IMG/VR virus record: IMGVR_UViG_3300024996_000140
Coordinates: 1 to 38,218 of that record
Direction: 5' to 3' (one strand)
From: a virus
Lineage: Duplodnaviria > Caudoviricetes
Length of the DNA stretch: 38,218 bases
Below are positions 36,533-38,218 of this stretch, in pieces. Both the position numbers and the translations under genes were made by a program. The notes beneath the pieces are model-generated. The model worked only from the letters and a program-made list of their open reading frames with translations. It did not search any database and was not told the DNA's origin. Numbering within the stretch: position 1 is the stretch's first letter; each line of letters begins with the position of its first letter.

Positions 36533-36958
36533 CTACTGCGGGTCCTCGATCGCGCGCCGCGGTCGTGCGACACCTGCGCGGGCCTTGCTGAGCAGGTGCC
36601 ATGCGAGCCCACCGACGATGCACGCGACCGGCAGTTGCATGGACAGCAGCGACAGCACCATCAGTGTGCCGATGGATTCGACCGCGTTCGGGAACGAGGT
36701 GGCGGTGAGCGCGCCGTAGGAGACGGAGATCGCCAGCGATGTCACGATCCCCAGGCCGACCCCCACCAGGTATCGCTCCTGATACCCCAGGAAGCGCGGA
36801 CGAGTGCCACTGCGCAGCCACGCGACGGCTCCGAACACCACCGCGCACACCATGCCGCCCACGGCATGCGCGAGAATCGTCGATCCGATCGTCAGCGACT
36901 CGTCGAGTGATTCCGGTCCGAGCAGCAGTAACTCGACCGTCATCTGGACGGTGCTCAC
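36533..36958 (-). CDS. Host multi-TM membrane protein (may start at ATC 37024)
   Basis: Three hydrophobic segments; frame open upstream. Confidence 0.6.
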   Translation of the reverse strand: MSTVQMTVELLLLGPESLDESLTIGSTILAHAVGGMVCAVVFGAVAWLRSGTRPRFLGYQERYLVGVGLGIVTSLAISVSYGALTATSFPNAVESIGTLMVLSLLSMQLPVACIVGGLAWHLLSKARAGVARPRRAIEDPQ

Positions 36959-37488
36959 CGCTGCGACGATCAGGACGGTGGCCGGGGTCCACCACGCGCG
37001 CGCACGGTAGTCGAGGGTGGTGATGGCGGCCTCCGGTATCGAGAAGGGGCGAGTCCGAGGGCCGCGTCATACTCGATCCTGCCGCCCCGGCGAAGCGCCC
37101 TCATCGTACTTTGAGGCGGCTGTCAGGGGATCGCCGCACCCAATCGTCCACCGCTGCAACGGGTCTCGATGCCGCCCCGCCGTCGCGCGATGCCGGACAT
37201 CAGCCGCGAATGCCGAACCCGCCCGTCAGGTCTGCTTCACCACGTCCACCGAGATCGATCGTCGTCAGCACCTCGACCCTCACGCCGTCCGCTGCCGAAT
37301 GCCCACGTCCTGCGTCCATGGCTGTCCTCCGAACCGAGCCCAACGTCGGATCGTCGAAGGATACGCTCCGCCCGGGAGGCGCCGCCGGATCAATACCTCA
37401 CGGCGGCATTGTGCCGATCTCGTCATCGGATCGGCGGTGCCGTGTCAACGAAGATCATTCTTATAGCATCTGACCTGCACTTACTCGG

Positions 37489-37562
37489 GGTGGATGACGG
37501 GGCTCGAACCCGCGACAACCGGCACCACAAGCCGGGACTCTACCAACTGAGCTACATCCACC
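37489..37562 (-). tRNA. tRNA-His(GTG)
   Basis: G-1 then GTGGATG/CATCCAC stem, TTGTGGT loop, GTTCGAG. Confidence 0.95.
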
Positions 37563-37597
37563 ATGGCACGCGAAACAGCACGCGCCGAACCACGAGT

Positions 37598-38203
37598 CTA
37601 GCCGATCGGAGCCAGTGACTGCGCAATCCGCCCAGCCGTGTCGACGCTGGGTCCAGGAGCGGGCACGAACACCGTCGCGCGGTAGTAAGCGAGCTCCTGG
37701 ATCGACTCTTTGATGTCCGCCAGCGCCCGGTGCGCCATGCCCTTCTCCGGCTGTGACGAATACACCGGCGGGTACCAGCGGCGGGTGAGTTCCTTGATCG
37801 TGGAGACGTCGATCATCCGATAGTGCAGGAACGACGAGAACTCCGGCATATCCCGTTCGATGAACCCGCGATCGGTGGCGATCGAGTTGCCGGCAAGCAG
37901 CGGCCGGCCGTCCGCCGGGACGTACTGCCGCACATACGCGAGCACAGCGGCCTCCGCGTCGGCCATCGTGATCGTCGAGGTGCGCACCTCGTCGGTGAGC
38001 CCCGACTTCGCGTGCATCTTCGCCACCACCTCGGGCATGGACGCCAAGGCCTCGTCGTCGGCGTGGATCACCAGGTCCACGCCCTCGCCGAGTACGTTCA
38101 GCTCGCCGTCGGTCACCAGCACGGCGATCTCGATGAGCTTGTCCTTGCCCAGGTCGAGGCCCGTCATCTCGCAGTCGGCCCACACGATGTTTTCTGTCGT
38201 CAC
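37598..38203 (-). CDS. orn: Oligoribonuclease
   Basis: [44 protein letters not shown]. Confidence 0.97.
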   Translation of the reverse strand: MTTENIVWADCEMTGLDLGKDKLIEIAVLVTDGELNVLGEGVDLVIHADDEALASMPEVVAKMHAKSGLTDEVRTSTITMADAEAAVLAYVRQYVPADGRPLLAGNSIATDRGFIERDMPEFSSFLHYRMIDVSTIKELTRRWYPPVYSSQPEKGMAHRALADIKESIQELAYYRATVFVPAPGPSVDTAGRIAQSLAPIG

Positions 38204-38218
38204 GAGATATAGCCTAGG

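Noticed and set aside
37200-37319. 39-aa minus-strand ORF with GGAGG RBS
   Set aside because: Too short and featureless to support without homology data

Overview
High-GC actinobacterial chromosome segment. Positions 1 to ~36,315 are a near-complete temperate siphovirus-type prophage integrated at the 3' end of a tRNA-Lys(CTT) gene, followed by host DNA (membrane protein, tRNA-His, orn). The left attachment site lies just outside the window. The prophage has a short tyrosine integrase, a putative lysogen-expressed membrane protein, lysis genes, tail and receptor-binding genes, an HK97-type head module, terminase/HNH genes, an early operon and a divergent cro/repressor switch. The repressor ends inside the tRNA, and the integrase is short and ends in -AA, matching BPs/Brujita-type integration-dependent immunity. 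The most unusual feature is in the tail-tip region. A C13 tract in a mini-ORF would, depending on its length, end translation exactly on the start codon of one or the other of two paralogous MIPVLH tail genes. Next to it is a three-gene receptor-binding module bracketed by a duplicated gene end (GSLTWKAA*). There is also a probable 59-aa antisense gene nested inside an early gene. All product calls come from motifs and synteny read by eye; no searches were run.
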